Part shown: positions 18,061-29,842 of the stretch, one piece after another
Layout: the number at the start of each line of letters is the position of its first letter
Numbering within the stretch: position 1 is the stretch's first letter
Source: Cyanobacteria bacterium auto_48_18
GTDB taxonomy: Bacteria; Cyanobacteriota; Vampirovibrionia; Obscuribacterales; Obscuribacteraceae
Reading direction: 5' to 3'
DNA length: 64,000 nt
Assembly (NCBI GenBank): GCA_036170915.1
Contig: JAVHQC010000022.1
Span: 1-64,000 of the forward strand
Translations under genes and position numbers: made by a program
The notes under the pieces: model-generated
Told to the model about the DNA's origin: nothing
What the model saw: only the letters and a program-made list of their open reading frames with translations
Database searches by the model: none

Positions 18061-19275
18061 CTATTTTGCTGGTATTCCCACAACAGTAACACCTGTAGGC
18101 CCATCAACTGTGCGTTTCAGATCAATATCAAATACAACTTGTTTGACTTTAGAATCAGGAAAATCAGGAATTTCAAAGTAACCGGTGCGGTTCACTGTTT
18201 TAACGGAAGTCTCTCTGAATGTGGTTTCCTTCGGAATATTTCTCGCCATTCCCTCAGCGGCAACAAAATCAATCACGCGGCCAGATATTTCGTGATCGGC
18301 TTTAACTGTCACTTCCAGCTTCGCTGTTCCGGGGCAAACATCAGCCGTTTGCCAGCCGCTGTAGATTGACCTCGCCACTGCGCGATACCATTCAGGCCAA
18401 CTGGCACAAGTGCGGTTTGCTTGCAACTGAGTGAGCAAACCAGCGTGAGCGATTTCACCTGCCGGTTCGATTCTCGTAAATATGCGCTGTGATTGTAGAG
18501 TGCCAGGCACTGCGCTCAGGCTCAAGGGAAGCCCGTTGGTAAGCCCCTTAGTCGACCAGCGACCACCCAATGTTTCTTTGCTCAATCCAGGTGGAGTAAT
18601 GCTTACTTCATAGCCGGCCGCTGTAGTCACTCCGCGCCTGGTTATGTAACCCGCGTCACTTGCTGGCACAGTAGTTTTGATATTACCTGTGGTGTTAACG
18701 CCAGGGGCGATCATTTGAATCTGGACCATCTGTCCTACTGTCCCGGAGGCAAATTTACCTGGTCCAAGCAGGGCCGGCATCATGTTCGGCATGGCCGAGA
18801 CCGCTAGTTCTGGGGCGAGCACTGTTACTCCACGACCAACAGTTTTGTAGTGTTCAGGAGCCGTTAAAAATGATCCAGGAACGTAATTGATTACACCACC
18901 AGCGGGAGTGCGGTTGTAAGAAGAGATCGGTAAAATAATTCCTTGCATGCCGCCCGAGGCGCCGCGAATACTTCCACCTAAAAGTTCTGTCGGGCTATTA
19001 TTGGTCTGGGCAGCTGCTGCAAGCGGAGCTCCGATGCGTACGTTGCCTTTGTATTGCACGGGTCCGTCTGATGCATTTGGAGTGATTGGCCGCAAACCAT
19101 AGTCTGCGGTGCCCCGAAAACCAGGAGTGAGCTGCAGCGAAGGATTTATGTGTGACTCGTTTTTAACGCCACCCTGCAAAACATCACCTGCTCCGGCAAG
19201 ACAAGCATTGACGCTGAGTGATTGCCAGAGCGGCATTAAAAGCAGAGATACAATCAGACGGTTTTTGATAACCAT
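18061..19275 (-). CDS. Exported hypothetical protein, possible TonB-C-like C-terminal domain
   Basis: Signal peptide; Gly/Pro/Thr-rich body; WYRAVARSIYSGW...IPDFP C-terminal region. Confidence 0.7.
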   Translation of the reverse strand: MVIKNRLIVSLLLMPLWQSLSVNACLAGAGDVLQGGVKNESHINPSLQLTPGFRGTADYGLRPITPNASDGPVQYKGNVRIGAPLAAAAQTNNSPTELLGGSIRGASGGMQGIILPISSYNRTPAGGVINYVPGSFLTAPEHYKTVGRGVTVLAPELAVSAMPNMMPALLGPGKFASGTVGQMVQIQMIAPGVNTTGNIKTTVPASDAGYITRRGVTTAAGYEVSITPPGLSKETLGGRWSTKGLTNGLPLSLSAVPGTLQSQRIFTRIEPAGEIAHAGLLTQLQANRTCASWPEWYRAVARSIYSGWQTADVCPGTAKLEVTVKADHEISGRVIDFVAAEGMARNIPKETTFRETSVKTVNRTGYFEIPDFPDSKVKQVVFDIDLKRTVDGPTGVTVVGIPAK

Positions 19276-19330
19276 GAAGCAACTCAGTAAGTAGCTAATA
19301 GAGATCTACCCATTTTGCTCAGGGTGAGTC

Positions 19331-20644
19331 TTAGCTTGTGATTTCTGGCTCGAGTTTTTTCTGTGAAAGCAAATACTTGACCACAGCAATAAGCGCCAGG
19401 ACGTAAAAGACAGTCATAGCTGCCACCAGGATTAGTGGCTTAGCTAGAGCCGCATTGGTGACCATGCAAATACAATAGATTGTGATGCAGACCCAGTAAA
19501 CTGCAAATATTTTTTTCAGCTGCACCGCTAAATTACCAAGCGCCTTCATGCTTTCGCTTCGTGATGCAAACAACAAATAAAATGAGGGAGCAATCACGCA
19601 AAGGTCATACAAAAATAAATGCGGCACAACCAGCGGTAGCGCCAGGCAAGCTAGAATCAGCGACAAATTGGCTTTTGCCAGCGGGTCCTTAATCGGCGAG
19701 CTTTTATGCGACAGCATCACCACAACCCCAAGGCCTACAGTCATGAAGAGCAGTGCTAAGCCGTAAACAATGGGTTTAAGCGTGGAGTGAGCTTCCACCG
19801 GCTGACTGAGTAAAACGGCTCGCGGCAGACTGGTGGCCAGGTGCACCGCTACTCCATTGGCGGGGTCAGAGAAGATTTTGTCAGAGAGCCTGAGGCAATT
19901 AAGCCAGGCCTGAAATATTTGTGGTCCTAAAATTGTGGCATTGGCCTGAGCTAAGGCCATTACTCCTAAAGTCATGCCAATCAGAGCTTGCGCTCTTTTT
20001 TGAGCCAGCTCGCAGACGATTAGAAATACCGCCAACACAAGCATTTGCGGCTTGAGGAAGAGCAGGGCGAAGACTAGACCAGCTGGCAAGGGCATTCTGC
20101 GCAATAGATAGTATCCGAACGCTAGAGGTAAAAGGCCGAAGACCAAGCCCACCTGGCCAATCCAAAGGGTGAGGGTGGCGGGTAAAAATGAAAGAGTCGC
20201 TGCTGTCGTCAGAAAAACTCGAGTTTTTCTGATAGCAGGATTTTCGTCGCAAAGAACACAATAGGCAGCTGCCCCGATGGCCAGTAGTGAGGTAATTTGC
20301 CAGCTAAATAGCGAAAATTCTGGTTTCAAGGTGCTATATGGCGCAAAAATAAAGGCGCTGAGAGGCATATACATATATTCAGATACTGACCAGGCTGGCA
20401 TTCTAGTCAGCAACTGGTGCGAAATCTGGTCAAAAGGAGCGCCGTGAAAAGTCGTGGCATCAAGAGCAGGGTAGAGATATTGCCACTTGCCATGAGCGGC
20501 AATATATCCTGCCGTGTGGAATGTCATCAGATAGTCTGAAATGGCCATGGAATCAGGCAACTTGAAATCGATGGTGTACATAATAATCAGGGTAAGCAGC
20601 GCCCAGAAAATAATCGTTTGAGCCAATAACTTATTCAAGGTCAC
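19331..20644 (-). CDS. GT87-like (GT-C) membrane glycosyltransferase
   Basis: Multi-TM; YMYMP, LWIGQ, LKPQ and LFLYD motifs. Confidence 0.8.
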   Translation of the reverse strand: MTLNKLLAQTIIFWALLTLIIMYTIDFKLPDSMAISDYLMTFHTAGYIAAHGKWQYLYPALDATTFHGAPFDQISHQLLTRMPAWSVSEYMYMPLSAFIFAPYSTLKPEFSLFSWQITSLLAIGAAAYCVLCDENPAIRKTRVFLTTAATLSFLPATLTLWIGQVGLVFGLLPLAFGYYLLRRMPLPAGLVFALLFLKPQMLVLAVFLIVCELAQKRAQALIGMTLGVMALAQANATILGPQIFQAWLNCLRLSDKIFSDPANGVAVHLATSLPRAVLLSQPVEAHSTLKPIVYGLALLFMTVGLGVVVMLSHKSSPIKDPLAKANLSLILACLALPLVVPHLFLYDLCVIAPSFYLLFASRSESMKALGNLAVQLKKIFAVYWVCITIYCICMVTNAALAKPLILVAAMTVFYVLALIAVVKYLLSQKKLEPEITS

Positions 20645-20773
20645 GAAAAAACTTTCCCCTTCAAATATTTGGATGTCAAACTACTTCACGCGCCGCCACG
20701 ATCTATAAAGATTGCTCCAACTCAAGAGATAATAGACGTCTGTACGGCTCAGGGCAAACATAAGGGGAATACG

Positions 20774-22381
20774 ATGACATCCAGCCAGATGGCGCAATCT
20801 AAAGGCACCGCGCCCGACAATGCGTTGGCCGATTCTATAGCAATTCTCGATTTTGGTTCTCAGTATTCACAATTGATTGCCCGCCGCATTCGCGAGCTCA
20901 ACGTTTATTCAGAACTTTTGCCCCACTCAATTTCAGCAGAAGAACTCAAGAGGCTCAATCCAAAAGGAATAGTATTGTCCGGCGGCCCCTCCAGTTGCTA
21001 CGACGAATTTGCCCCACAGTTAGATCAGAATATTTGGAAACTTGGCGTGCCCGTGCTTGGTGTTTGCTACGGCATGCAACTGATGTCACGAGACTTAGGC
21101 GGCCACGTGGAGCCATCCAGCGTGCGCGAGTACGGCCGAGCATTGCTGACAATTGTGCATCACGACAAACTTTTTGAAGGGCTCGACCCTGCCATCGAAA
21201 GCTGGATGAGCCATGGTGACAGCGTCACCACCTTGCCCGAAGGGTTCGCCACAGTGGCTCGCACCGCCGATACGCCAGTGGCTGCCATTGCTGATGAAAC
21301 TCGAAAGCTTTACGGAGTGCAGTTCCACCCAGAAGTTGTGCACACAGTGGGTGGCAAACAGATTATTTCCAATTTTGTTTTAAATGTTTGCGAATGCACC
21401 AAGAGCTGGACTATGAGCCGCTATATAGAAGAAGCCATTCGCGAAGTCAAAGAACGTGTGGGCGATCGCCGCGTTTTGCTGGCTCTGTCAGGTGGCGTAG
21501 ACAGCTCTACTCTGGCGTTTCTATTGCACAAAGCCATCGGTGACAAACTCACCTGTATGTTTATCGACCAGGGTTTCATGCGCAAAAACGAGCCAGAGTG
21601 GCTGGTTGAAACCTTCGAACGCGACTTCAATATACATGTGCATTTTGTCAAAGCACGCGACAGATTTATAGGGAAAATAGCAGGGGTGACCGACCCTGAA
21701 GATAAGCGTAAAGCCATCGGTGCAGAGTTTATTCGCGTATTTGAAGAAGAATCGAAGCGCCTGGGACCATTTGATTTTCTCGCTCAAGGCACACTGTATC
21801 CTGATGTGATTGAATCAGCCGGCACTAAAATTGATTCTAAAACCGGTAAAAAAGTAGCGGTTAAAATTAAGTCGCACCATAATGTTGGTGGTCTGCCTGA
21901 AGACTTACAGTTTGAATTAATCGAACCATTCTGCAAGTTGTTTAAAGACGAAGTGCGTGTCCTCGGTCGTGAAATCGGCGTGCCGCCTGGCATTATCGAA
22001 CGACATCCTTTCCCGGGCCCTGGCCTCGCTATTCGCGTACTTGGCGAAGTGACAAAAGAAAGATTGAAAACATTGCGCGAAGCCGACTGGATCATTCGCG
22101 AAGAAATCAAAAGCCATGGCCTCTATCGCCAGGTCTGGCAAGTCTTTGGCGTATTGCTGCCAACACTGTCGGTAGGTGTTATGGGTGACCAGCGCACGTA
22201 CCAAAATCAAATAGTAATTCGTGCCGTTACTTCTGAAGATGGCATGACTGCTGATTGGGCACGCTTGCCTTACGATTTGCTATCAGTAATTTCGTCGCGT
22301 ATCGTCAATGAAGTGCCTGGTATCAACCGTGTTGTTTACGACGTCACTTCGAAGCCTCCAGCCACGATTGAATGGGAGTAA
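20774..22381 (+). CDS. guaA: GMP synthase (glutamine-hydrolysing)
   Basis: [51 protein letters not shown] 20774 after AAGGGG. Confidence 0.97.
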   Translation: MTSSQMAQSKGTAPDNALADSIAILDFGSQYSQLIARRIRELNVYSELLPHSISAEELKRLNPKGIVLSGGPSSCYDEFAPQLDQNIWKLGVPVLGVCYGMQLMSRDLGGHVEPSSVREYGRALLTIVHHDKLFEGLDPAIESWMSHGDSVTTLPEGFATVARTADTPVAAIADETRKLYGVQFHPEVVHTVGGKQIISNFVLNVCECTKSWTMSRYIEEAIREVKERVGDRRVLLALSGGVDSSTLAFLLHKAIGDKLTCMFIDQGFMRKNEPEWLVETFERDFNIHVHFVKARDRFIGKIAGVTDPEDKRKAIGAEFIRVFEEESKRLGPFDFLAQGTLYPDVIESAGTKIDSKTGKKVAVKIKSHHNVGGLPEDLQFELIEPFCKLFKDEVRVLGREIGVPPGIIERHPFPGPGLAIRVLGEVTKERLKTLREADWIIREEIKSHGLYRQVWQVFGVLLPTLSVGVMGDQRTYQNQIVIRAVTSEDGMTADWARLPYDLLSVISSRIVNEVPGINRVVYDVTSKPPATIEWE

Positions 22382-22384
22382 ATT

Positions 22385-24466
22385 TTGGACGAGTTCGAGG
22401 ATTTGTATCATGACGAACCTCAAGAGCCCAAGAAGCCTGCTCCCCCACGCGAAAAAATAATACTCACTCTGCAGGAAATTTGGGCCGGAGCGCTTTCGCG
22501 AATTGTTTTAGGGCTTTTGCTCTTTACTGCTTTTGTTGCTGGTGCCTGGGTGGCCGGCGCAGCATTGCACGACCCGGACACCTGCTGGTTGCTGGGCCTT
22601 GGTCGCTGGATGGTGGAGCATAAGGCGATACCTGATATCGATCCATTCTCGTGGACCTTTGCTACAGAAGAAGCAAAAGGTCGTCATTTCATTCTCTATC
22701 AGTGGCTCTCTGAGCTAATCTTCTATCTCTCGACCCTTTCGGGTGGATTGCTCACTCTGCTTATGCTCACCGCTGTCACGGTGGTAACCGCTTTTATTTC
22801 TTTGCCAATCGGATACGTGGTCAAACGCGAAGCCCCTTTCCTGGCTGGAATCGCCGTGGTCTTCATCGGTTTGATGGCCGGATCATTTCACTTTCTCTGC
22901 CGCCCTGAGATTTTTTCTTATCTCTTTACCGCAATCTTTTTGCAAGTGCTTCACTACGCAAGAGTGGCTGCTGCTATGGAAAATCAAAGGATTTTCCGTA
23001 TTGCTTTCATTCTCACTCCTCTGATGATTTTGTGGGCAAATATGCACACCGGATTCGTCACGGGAATTTCAATCATAGGCGCATGCCTTCTGGGAGCCAT
23101 TCTTGGCCATCTGTTTTTGCGCGAGAATGGCAAGCCTCTGGCTAACAAACCGCTAATTGTTGAACTTGCTCTGGCATTGCTTGGCACCATTTTAGCGACT
23201 TTAGTGACCCCATATGGGCTCAGGCTCTGGGCTTACATTCCCGATTTATTTGGTTCTCCAATCAATAAGTATATCGTCGAACTACGCCCACTTTCATGGG
23301 CGGCTATGAAAGAGGTCACCTATTGGCCTTACTTAGCATTGTGTATGGGTGTGATAGTTCTGGTGCTGCGGGAGCTTGTCGCAGTATCAAAATTGAATGG
23401 CAACGCTAAAGCCGCCAGCTTGGCTCTACAGGGTCAGCCATCGGCTGTAGAGATTTTGCCGTCGTCTTCGTCAGGTTCGCACTCGTTAGATACAGACCTG
23501 ATCGTTTTGCCGCCTGTACCAGCCATTTCTACCCTGTTCATGAAAAGCGAGATACTTACCGCTGCTGTCACTGGCACCATCGCCATAATTTGCGGCTTCA
23601 GTGGTCGACGCTTGATTGTCTTTACCGCCTTAATAATTGTGGGCGAAATTGTCGCCATGCTTGGTTTGCGTAGATTAGGTTCTCTCGAGCGTGCGGCGGC
23701 AGAAGTGGCTGCTGCAGGCAGGGCCTCTGCTAAATCTATGTCTGAAGTAATTGCCGTTGCCGAAGCTATCGACGCAGGCAAGTTGCCTGCTGAAGCCACT
23801 CTCGACATAGACATTACAAAGAATACTCCGGAAAGTTTTACTACTAATGCTAACGCGGCTATATCTCCAGGCCCGGGCCAGCCTCAAACATCAGCATCCG
23901 ACAGCGCGCCCGGAGCTCGCAAAGACGCCAGCAAGCGCACTTTCTGGCAAGACGTAGATATCCATTCCCTCGATGTCTGGCTTACTGGTGGCACCTTTGA
24001 ACTCGCCATCGTTTCTTTTTGCGCAATCGCTGGAGTTTGTTTGATCGCGACCAGAGTTTCTCCACCAGAATTGCCGGCTTCCAGCATCGCCTTTAAAGCG
24101 CCATTTAAGGCCATTGCCTACATCGAAGAACACAGAGCCCAACTGCCTGCACGTTTGTTCAATGACCCACAGTATGGTGACATGATCATCTGGCAATTGC
24201 GCGGTGATCCCAAAGTATTTGTCGACACCCGCTTCGATATGTATGGTGCCAGAATCGTTGGCGACTACCGCACCATCAATGAATGTTTAGAAAACTGGCG
24301 TCCACTTTTCGATTCATATAATATCGGCTGGGTTTTTGTTAATGCAAAATCTAATATCGCCAAAGCCCTTAAGGCTGACTCAGCCTGGGAAACACGTTAT
24401 GAAGACGACGCGGCGGTTATTCTTGTGCGCAAAGCAGCACCACCACCGGCAGTGTCGCAAGAATAA
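22385..24466 (+). CDS. Polytopic membrane protein, GT-C-like
   Basis: DPDTCWLLGLGRW..DPFSWT, RPEIFS, WANMH and FVDTRFDMY motifs; many TMs. Confidence 0.8.
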   Translation: MDEFEDLYHDEPQEPKKPAPPREKIILTLQEIWAGALSRIVLGLLLFTAFVAGAWVAGAALHDPDTCWLLGLGRWMVEHKAIPDIDPFSWTFATEEAKGRHFILYQWLSELIFYLSTLSGGLLTLLMLTAVTVVTAFISLPIGYVVKREAPFLAGIAVVFIGLMAGSFHFLCRPEIFSYLFTAIFLQVLHYARVAAAMENQRIFRIAFILTPLMILWANMHTGFVTGISIIGACLLGAILGHLFLRENGKPLANKPLIVELALALLGTILATLVTPYGLRLWAYIPDLFGSPINKYIVELRPLSWAAMKEVTYWPYLALCMGVIVLVLRELVAVSKLNGNAKAASLALQGQPSAVEILPSSSSGSHSLDTDLIVLPPVPAISTLFMKSEILTAAVTGTIAIICGFSGRRLIVFTALIIVGEIVAMLGLRRLGSLERAAAEVAAAGRASAKSMSEVIAVAEAIDAGKLPAEATLDIDITKNTPESFTTNANAAISPGPGQPQTSASDSAPGARKDASKRTFWQDVDIHSLDVWLTGGTFELAIVSFCAIAGVCLIATRVSPPELPASSIAFKAPFKAIAYIEEHRAQLPARLFNDPQYGDMIIWQLRGDPKVFVDTRFDMYGARIVGDYRTINECLENWRPLFDSYNIGWVFVNAKSNIAKALKADSAWETRYEDDAAVILVRKAAPPPAVSQE

Positions 24467-24472
24467 ATTAGT

Positions 24473-25447
24473 ATGACTATTTATCTTGCACCTACTTCAA
24501 ATGGTCTTGGCTCTTTAATCTCCAATCTGCCGGCCATTGACGCCCTGGTAAAAAATGGCCAGGCGCCCATATTAGTTTTGCGTTCGCAAGCGCAAGAGGC
24601 AGTAGCTAAGCTGGTTAACGGCATCGGTGGCACAGTTTTGGAAAGCGCCTTTAGTGCAGTCAAAATGGCTCCAGGCGATCAATTTGTCAATCTGCGCGAT
24701 CACCCTTTGCAAACAGATTATATCTGGGGAAGTGACGAATTTTTTGCCACTTTCCCCAACACTTATTTTGAAGATCTATTCAAAACTATTTGTCTTGATA
24801 AAGGTATTGAGATTAGCTACGATTGCCTAGAGCCGCTTCAACACAGGCTTTGCGATGCAGCTGTGGGCAAGATAATTCTTGTACCTGGGTCTAATGGTAG
24901 ACAAAAATGCTGGCCGACTTCACATTTTATTGAATTGATTCAAAGATTGCAGGCCTTAGGACATAACTGCGCCGTTGTCGGTGAGCCGGAGCGCTCTGAA
25001 TTTGTCAAAAGCTTGCTGGATGCTGATGTACAGTGGATTAAAACCACTGCCTTTGGTGATGCCGTTGATGCAATTTCATCGGCTCGTGCAGTAGTTAGTG
25101 TCGATACAGGCCTGATGCATGTGGCTATTCATCAAGGAGTATCGACAGTAGGTCTTTTTCGTTTCGCCAATATGATCTTGAAAGAACGACCGCATACTCG
25201 CTACCTGAAAGCTCCAAGGTGCGCGCAGGCCTGCTTGGACGCCCAGTTTGCCCACGTCACTAATAAGAAAGTAAAGTTTGATTCAAGTGCTGGTTTGAGC
25301 GCTGATCAATATTATTGGCTGCGTTGGGATTGCGCCGAGGCCGAAGAGAAACGTTGTATGGCCGCGATTTCAGTTGACGAAGTGCTGGCTGCGTTGTTGT
25401 CTCTTTTGAATAATGCCAACTCTGTATTGAAGCAGCAGGACGAGTAG
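24473..25447 (+). CDS. Glycosyltransferase family 9 (heptosyltransferase-like)
   Basis: PGS...KCWP and VSVDTGLMHVA motifs; C-terminal CMAAISVDEV. Confidence 0.85.
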   Translation: MTIYLAPTSNGLGSLISNLPAIDALVKNGQAPILVLRSQAQEAVAKLVNGIGGTVLESAFSAVKMAPGDQFVNLRDHPLQTDYIWGSDEFFATFPNTYFEDLFKTICLDKGIEISYDCLEPLQHRLCDAAVGKIILVPGSNGRQKCWPTSHFIELIQRLQALGHNCAVVGEPERSEFVKSLLDADVQWIKTTAFGDAVDAISSARAVVSVDTGLMHVAIHQGVSTVGLFRFANMILKERPHTRYLKAPRCAQACLDAQFAHVTNKKVKFDSSAGLSADQYYWLRWDCAEAEEKRCMAAISVDEVLAALLSLLNNANSVLKQQDE

Positions 25448-27016
25448 ATGACTAATGATGAAACCGTAAACGCAGTTTGTCATCGCTTGAGCCATGGTGC
25501 AACTGCCGCCGATGTAGCCTATGCGCGGGCATGGCTAGAGAACAATCGTGACAGTGAACATGTTCCGATAGTTATCTTGAAGCTTGATCGCTATAGTACA
25601 GCGGCAAGTGATGTAACCTGGTGTTCGAACTGGTTGCAAGCGCATCGGCCGTCTTTGCAAAACCATCCCATCCTCTGGCACACGCACACAGTTATTGCGT
25701 TAAAGCATCAAGCACTTTTGGCTTGCTATGGAGATGGTTCCGGTGAGTCAGTTTATGAGTTGCTAACATTGGTGCGGAATGAAGCAGCTATCGACCTGGG
25801 TCAGCGCTGGTTTGATCAGTATGCTCATGTTCCTCAATCTTTCGCTGTTCTACAAAACTTACTCAGGTCGGCACCAACACCAGAGAATTGTGTCAGAGCC
25901 CGCGACTTCATGAATCAAACAAGTGATAAATACGAAATCGCATGGCACCTGGCCAGGCTGATTCAGCATGACGGGGATGCGGAGCTAGTAAATTTAGCTT
26001 TAAAAATTTTGAGACGCTCAACTGATGAGAGTGGTTTCTTGGCGGATGCAGTCTACTCCTATTCAGGCGATGAAGAGGCAAAGGAAGAGGCTTTGCAGTG
26101 GTGGAAGAGTGCACTGCAATCGGCTGATTCGCGATCCGCGGTGCAAGATGCACATACAATGTTGGCAAATTGCGAGATTTCTGAGCTTGTGATTGATTGG
26201 TTGAACCGGAACCCTCAGGATGGTTTTAATTCTATTACCTGGGTGAAACTCATTATCAAAAATCCTAGCGATTCCACTGCTCTCGCGTGTTGGTCCTGGT
26301 TAATGGAGAATCGGCACTATGAGCGGTGGGATGATATTTACTATTATCTACTGTTTAAGTCGGCACCAGACTCATTCGCTGTACCTCGTGGTGCCCTTGA
26401 AAAAGCCTGGGAAATTTTTAAAAGTGGTTCTTTCGGTATTGGCGGAACGCTGGCAAGGCTTGACAGGAGCGATGGCACCGTCGCGCAGATGTTTTCTCTA
26501 GTCGAGAAGTTGGTCGAGACGGAGGTCGCAGAATCAGAAAAGGCCGGCCAGATTGAAGATCTCATTTCTGGTTTGATTGCTGTGGATAAATCAGAGCGAA
26601 TTATTGAGTTGTCCAAGCGATGGCTACTAGGCAATCAGGATAACGTTATGAAGGTTCGGCAGACCCTGGAAGCGCTTCTGCCGGTGGCACCAAGCGAAGT
26701 TCCGCACCGAATGATCAGTCAATTATTGAATGAAATTGTTAATGACCTGGATTATTTGCATGTGCTTTCGTTGGTGGTGAAATGCACCCGCTATGAAAAA
26801 TTCTTGGTAGAAGCCCAGAATTTTCTTGTCCTGGAGTTCCAGCTAGGTTTTCGCAATATACTTGCCAGTTACTGCGGACAGCTTTTGCTTGTGCTCTTTG
26901 AAATCGATGAAGTAACTGAAGCGGTCGCAGAATGCGCAAAAAAATGGGTGGAGTTTTTCGCTCATGACCATTCGGAAGTCGCCTCAAAACTTCGGACAGC
27001 TATTGGTTCTCGCTAG
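25448..27016 (+). CDS. Hypothetical alpha-helical repeat protein
   Basis: 522 aa; recurring W-L helices. Confidence 0.7.
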   Translation: MTNDETVNAVCHRLSHGATAADVAYARAWLENNRDSEHVPIVILKLDRYSTAASDVTWCSNWLQAHRPSLQNHPILWHTHTVIALKHQALLACYGDGSGESVYELLTLVRNEAAIDLGQRWFDQYAHVPQSFAVLQNLLRSAPTPENCVRARDFMNQTSDKYEIAWHLARLIQHDGDAELVNLALKILRRSTDESGFLADAVYSYSGDEEAKEEALQWWKSALQSADSRSAVQDAHTMLANCEISELVIDWLNRNPQDGFNSITWVKLIIKNPSDSTALACWSWLMENRHYERWDDIYYYLLFKSAPDSFAVPRGALEKAWEIFKSGSFGIGGTLARLDRSDGTVAQMFSLVEKLVETEVAESEKAGQIEDLISGLIAVDKSERIIELSKRWLLGNQDNVMKVRQTLEALLPVAPSEVPHRMISQLLNEIVNDLDYLHVLSLVVKCTRYEKFLVEAQNFLVLEFQLGFRNILASYCGQLLLVLFEIDEVTEAVAECAKKWVEFFAHDHSEVASKLRTAIGSR

Positions 27017-28739
27017 CTTGAGCCGCGCTGCCAACTGCACTGCGCTGATCTATCCAGCTGCACAGTGAATCGAGCACCATCGGATTTTGATTATCAGTTT
27101 CGAAAATCAAATGCTCGGCATTGCCGACAATGAGCATTGTTTTGTCTTCTGATTTAACGGCTTCGAAAAGATCGTAGGTGCCCTGCGCTTTGACCAGCTT
27201 GTCTTTTAGACCTTGCACCATAAGCACAGGGGTGGTTTTAATGTCGCGACAATGTCCTTCTGTGCGCCGCATAAACACTGCAAATTTCATCAAATCTTTT
27301 GGTGACAATTCGTTTTTTGCCTTGAGATTTACTTCCCAGGCCTTGCGCATTTCCGGCCGGGCTGTAGCTTGAGCTGCAATTTGTTCGCCTACGTTAAAAG
27401 GTTTGTTTGGCCCTTTTAAAAAATGCATGGCCACAGTCAGGCCCATTCTCCTGGCCTCTAAGCGCTCTGCTGAGGGCACCGAGGCAATCACACCATTAAT
27501 TTGCTCGGGAAAGCGTGATGCTGTGTTGAGCGCGATGGCACCACCCATAGATTCACCAAGCAGAAAAACAGGGGCCGTGGGATCGCCGGCTTTAACCAGT
27601 TGTACAAGATTATTGATGTCGCCGAAACTATCTTTGTATTCGATTTTTTCGTTGCCGCTGACAGCCATCCATGACCCGAAGCCGCGCACGTCAATGGCAA
27701 AGACTGCATAGCCCCGTCGTTTCATCTCACGGGCAAAAGGCGTAAAGGCGCGGTTGTCGAGCCCCATGCCGTGCACTGCCACAATTATTGCTTTGCTTTT
27801 GACATTAAGATCAGGATTTCTCCAGGCGATAACTGGCAGAGTTTTCAGTTTATAGGTCGTGGCCAGCCAGAGATATTCTCCCAAAGATTGCGGCTGCGTC
27901 TCATTCATATAATCTTTGAGGAATTCACTTCGCACCGCTCGTAGTGGCACGTTGCCGGCGCTTGCTTCAACTTCGTTGCGCTGCATCATTAAATTTTTCA
28001 ACAAACCCGCAGCGGTGGCCGCATATAGGCCGTGTTTCTGCTTATTGCCGAGCCCCTTGTATACTTCGGCCAGATATACATTGGCCCAGAAAAAAGGGCA
28101 CAATCCAGAGAGTTCATTGGTATTGCCTTGCATTAATTGTGCCAATCGCAGGGCATGGGCTTCGGCTTCCTGATAACGCTTTTCTGCCAAATAACAGCCC
28201 ACCAGACCTTCTTCTAACTCGCCGCGCAGCGCGGTACCAATATCGTTGCCGCCAGCGCACATGAGCGCAAGATTGAAATGTTTGAGTGCTTCTGAAGTAT
28301 TTTGGTCGCGGTAATAACACTCGGCGATCAAGCGCTGCAAAATCACTTGATCTTTGAGCGGAAGATTCTTTTCACCTGGCAGTTCTTGAATCTCTTTCAA
28401 GATGCTCGCTGCGTGGCTGTAGCTCTCATCTTTGAATTGTGCAAAGGCAGCAAGAAATAAAATAGGAGCATCTAAATTTTTGCTGTGACGGGCCTGATTG
28501 TAGGCTTCTTCAATTTTTGCGTCTGCTTCGTCAATTTGGCCAGCTTGCAAAAGTGCGTAAATTTCCGTCTCCATATCGCTTAGCTTTTTCTGCGCTGCAC
28601 TGTTAACTGGAGCGGTAGTTATGGGCTGCAATGACCCTGGCTGGCCTTGAGCCCTGGCCGAGAGAGAAAATTGCAGAGGCAATATTTGAAATGCTGTGAG
28701 AATAAGAGCTGATAACGCAAATGCCGGTTGCTGACGCAA
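27000..28739 (-). CDS. Exported TPR plus alpha/beta-hydrolase (lysophospholipase-like)
   Basis: Signal peptide; VHGMG, DVRGFG, GESMGG nucleophile elbow; late Asp and His. Confidence 0.85.
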   Translation of the reverse strand: MRQQPAFALSALILTAFQILPLQFSLSARAQGQPGSLQPITTAPVNSAAQKKLSDMETEIYALLQAGQIDEADAKIEEAYNQARHSKNLDAPILFLAAFAQFKDESYSHAASILKEIQELPGEKNLPLKDQVILQRLIAECYYRDQNTSEALKHFNLALMCAGGNDIGTALRGELEEGLVGCYLAEKRYQEAEAHALRLAQLMQGNTNELSGLCPFFWANVYLAEVYKGLGNKQKHGLYAATAAGLLKNLMMQRNEVEASAGNVPLRAVRSEFLKDYMNETQPQSLGEYLWLATTYKLKTLPVIAWRNPDLNVKSKAIIVAVHGMGLDNRAFTPFAREMKRRGYAVFAIDVRGFGSWMAVSGNEKIEYKDSFGDINNLVQLVKAGDPTAPVFLLGESMGGAIALNTASRFPEQINGVIASVPSAERLEARRMGLTVAMHFLKGPNKPFNVGEQIAAQATARPEMRKAWEVNLKAKNELSPKDLMKFAVFMRRTEGHCRDIKTTPVLMVQGLKDKLVKAQGTYDLFEAVKSEDKTMLIVGNAEHLIFETDNQNPMVLDSLCSWIDQRSAVGSAAQASENQ

Positions 28740-28834
28740 TGAAAACCTGCCCTTTTTGAATTGATGCTATTTTAGCTCATGTTTAAGCAAGTGGCCCCCG
28801 TGGATATATTTAGATAACCGTATTGGCTTACTGA

Positions 28835-29842
28835 TTGACTGATTGGCGATTTAAGATGCTTTCTCGAAAGAATATTTTGGTGACAGGTTGTGCGGGTTTC
28901 CTCGGCCCGTGGGTTTGCGAGCTCTTGCTAGAACTCGGAGCCAACGTAGTTGGCCTCGACCGTGAGTATCCAAAGGCCTCTAGAATTCATGCCTTGAAAG
29001 ATCGTGTCAAGCTTATAAACGTTGATATTGAGCATTGGGAGCCCACCCTGGCAGCACTTGCCGACAACAACATCAATATCGTTTTTCATCTGGCGGCTCA
29101 AGCGATTGTGGGAGTGGCAAATAGCAATCCGATGCCTACTTTCGCCTCGAACATTCAGGGCACATGGCATGTGATGGAGGCTGCAAGGCGCCTGCGAGAC
29201 GGCGGACAGAATATTGAAGCCCTGGTTGTGGCTTCGTCTGATAAAGCATATGGCGATCAGGAGAATCTTCCCTATCTTGAGGATGCGCCAATGCAGGGTC
29301 GCTTTCCTTACGATGTCTCTAAAAGTTGTGCTGACCTGATTACCCGCTCTTATTTCCAGTCATTTGCAATGCCAGTTTGCGTCACACGTTGCGGCAATCT
29401 ATATGGCGGAGGTGACCTCAACGCCAGCCGCATCGTGCCAGGCACCATATTGAGTGTGCTTTCAGGCGACAATCCAATTATTCGCTCTGACGGTTCACCG
29501 GTACGTGATTATATTTATGTGCAAGACGCAGCCAGAGCCAATATAGCCATCGCTACTCGCATGTTAAGTGATACCAGTATTCACGGTCAGGCTTTTAACA
29601 TCAGCAACGATGCGCCGGTCTCAGTCTTAACCATGGTGGAAAAAATCTTGAATCTCATGGGTCGCGGTGACCTTGCTCCGGTAATTGAAGGCAGGGCTAG
29701 CTGCGAGATTCAGGCACAGTATCTGAGTTCAGATAAAATGCGCACAACCCTTGGTTGGGCACCAGAGTTCGAACTCGAAGACGGACTAGCCAGAGCGATC
29801 GCATGGTATAGAGCGCAAGCAGTTGTTAGTAGCGCACCTTGA
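28835..29842 (+). CDS. NDP-sugar dehydratase/epimerase (CDP-glucose 4,6-dehydratase-like)
   Basis: TGCAGFLG, HLAAQ, ASSDKAYG, YDVSK, RCGNLYGGGD. Confidence 0.9.
   Translation: MTDWRFKMLSRKNILVTGCAGFLGPWVCELLLELGANVVGLDREYPKASRIHALKDRVKLINVDIEHWEPTLAALADNNINIVFHLAAQAIVGVANSNPMPTFASNIQGTWHVMEAARRLRDGGQNIEALVVASSDKAYGDQENLPYLEDAPMQGRFPYDVSKSCADLITRSYFQSFAMPVCVTRCGNLYGGGDLNASRIVPGTILSVLSGDNPIIRSDGSPVRDYIYVQDAARANIAIATRMLSDTSIHGQAFNISNDAPVSVLTMVEKILNLMGRGDLAPVIEGRASCEIQAQYLSSDKMRTTLGWAPEFELEDGLARAIAWYRAQAVVSSAP

Noticed and set aside
22300..22400. guaA 3' end as an integration hotspot
   Set aside because: No integrase and no duplicated att core seen; the next gene starts 3 bp later.
25445..25450. 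In-frame TAG-ATG junction (possible pyrrolysine or read-through)
   Set aside because: The GT9 domain is complete before the TAG, a CAGGA RBS-like sequence precedes the ATG, and no pyl genes are present.
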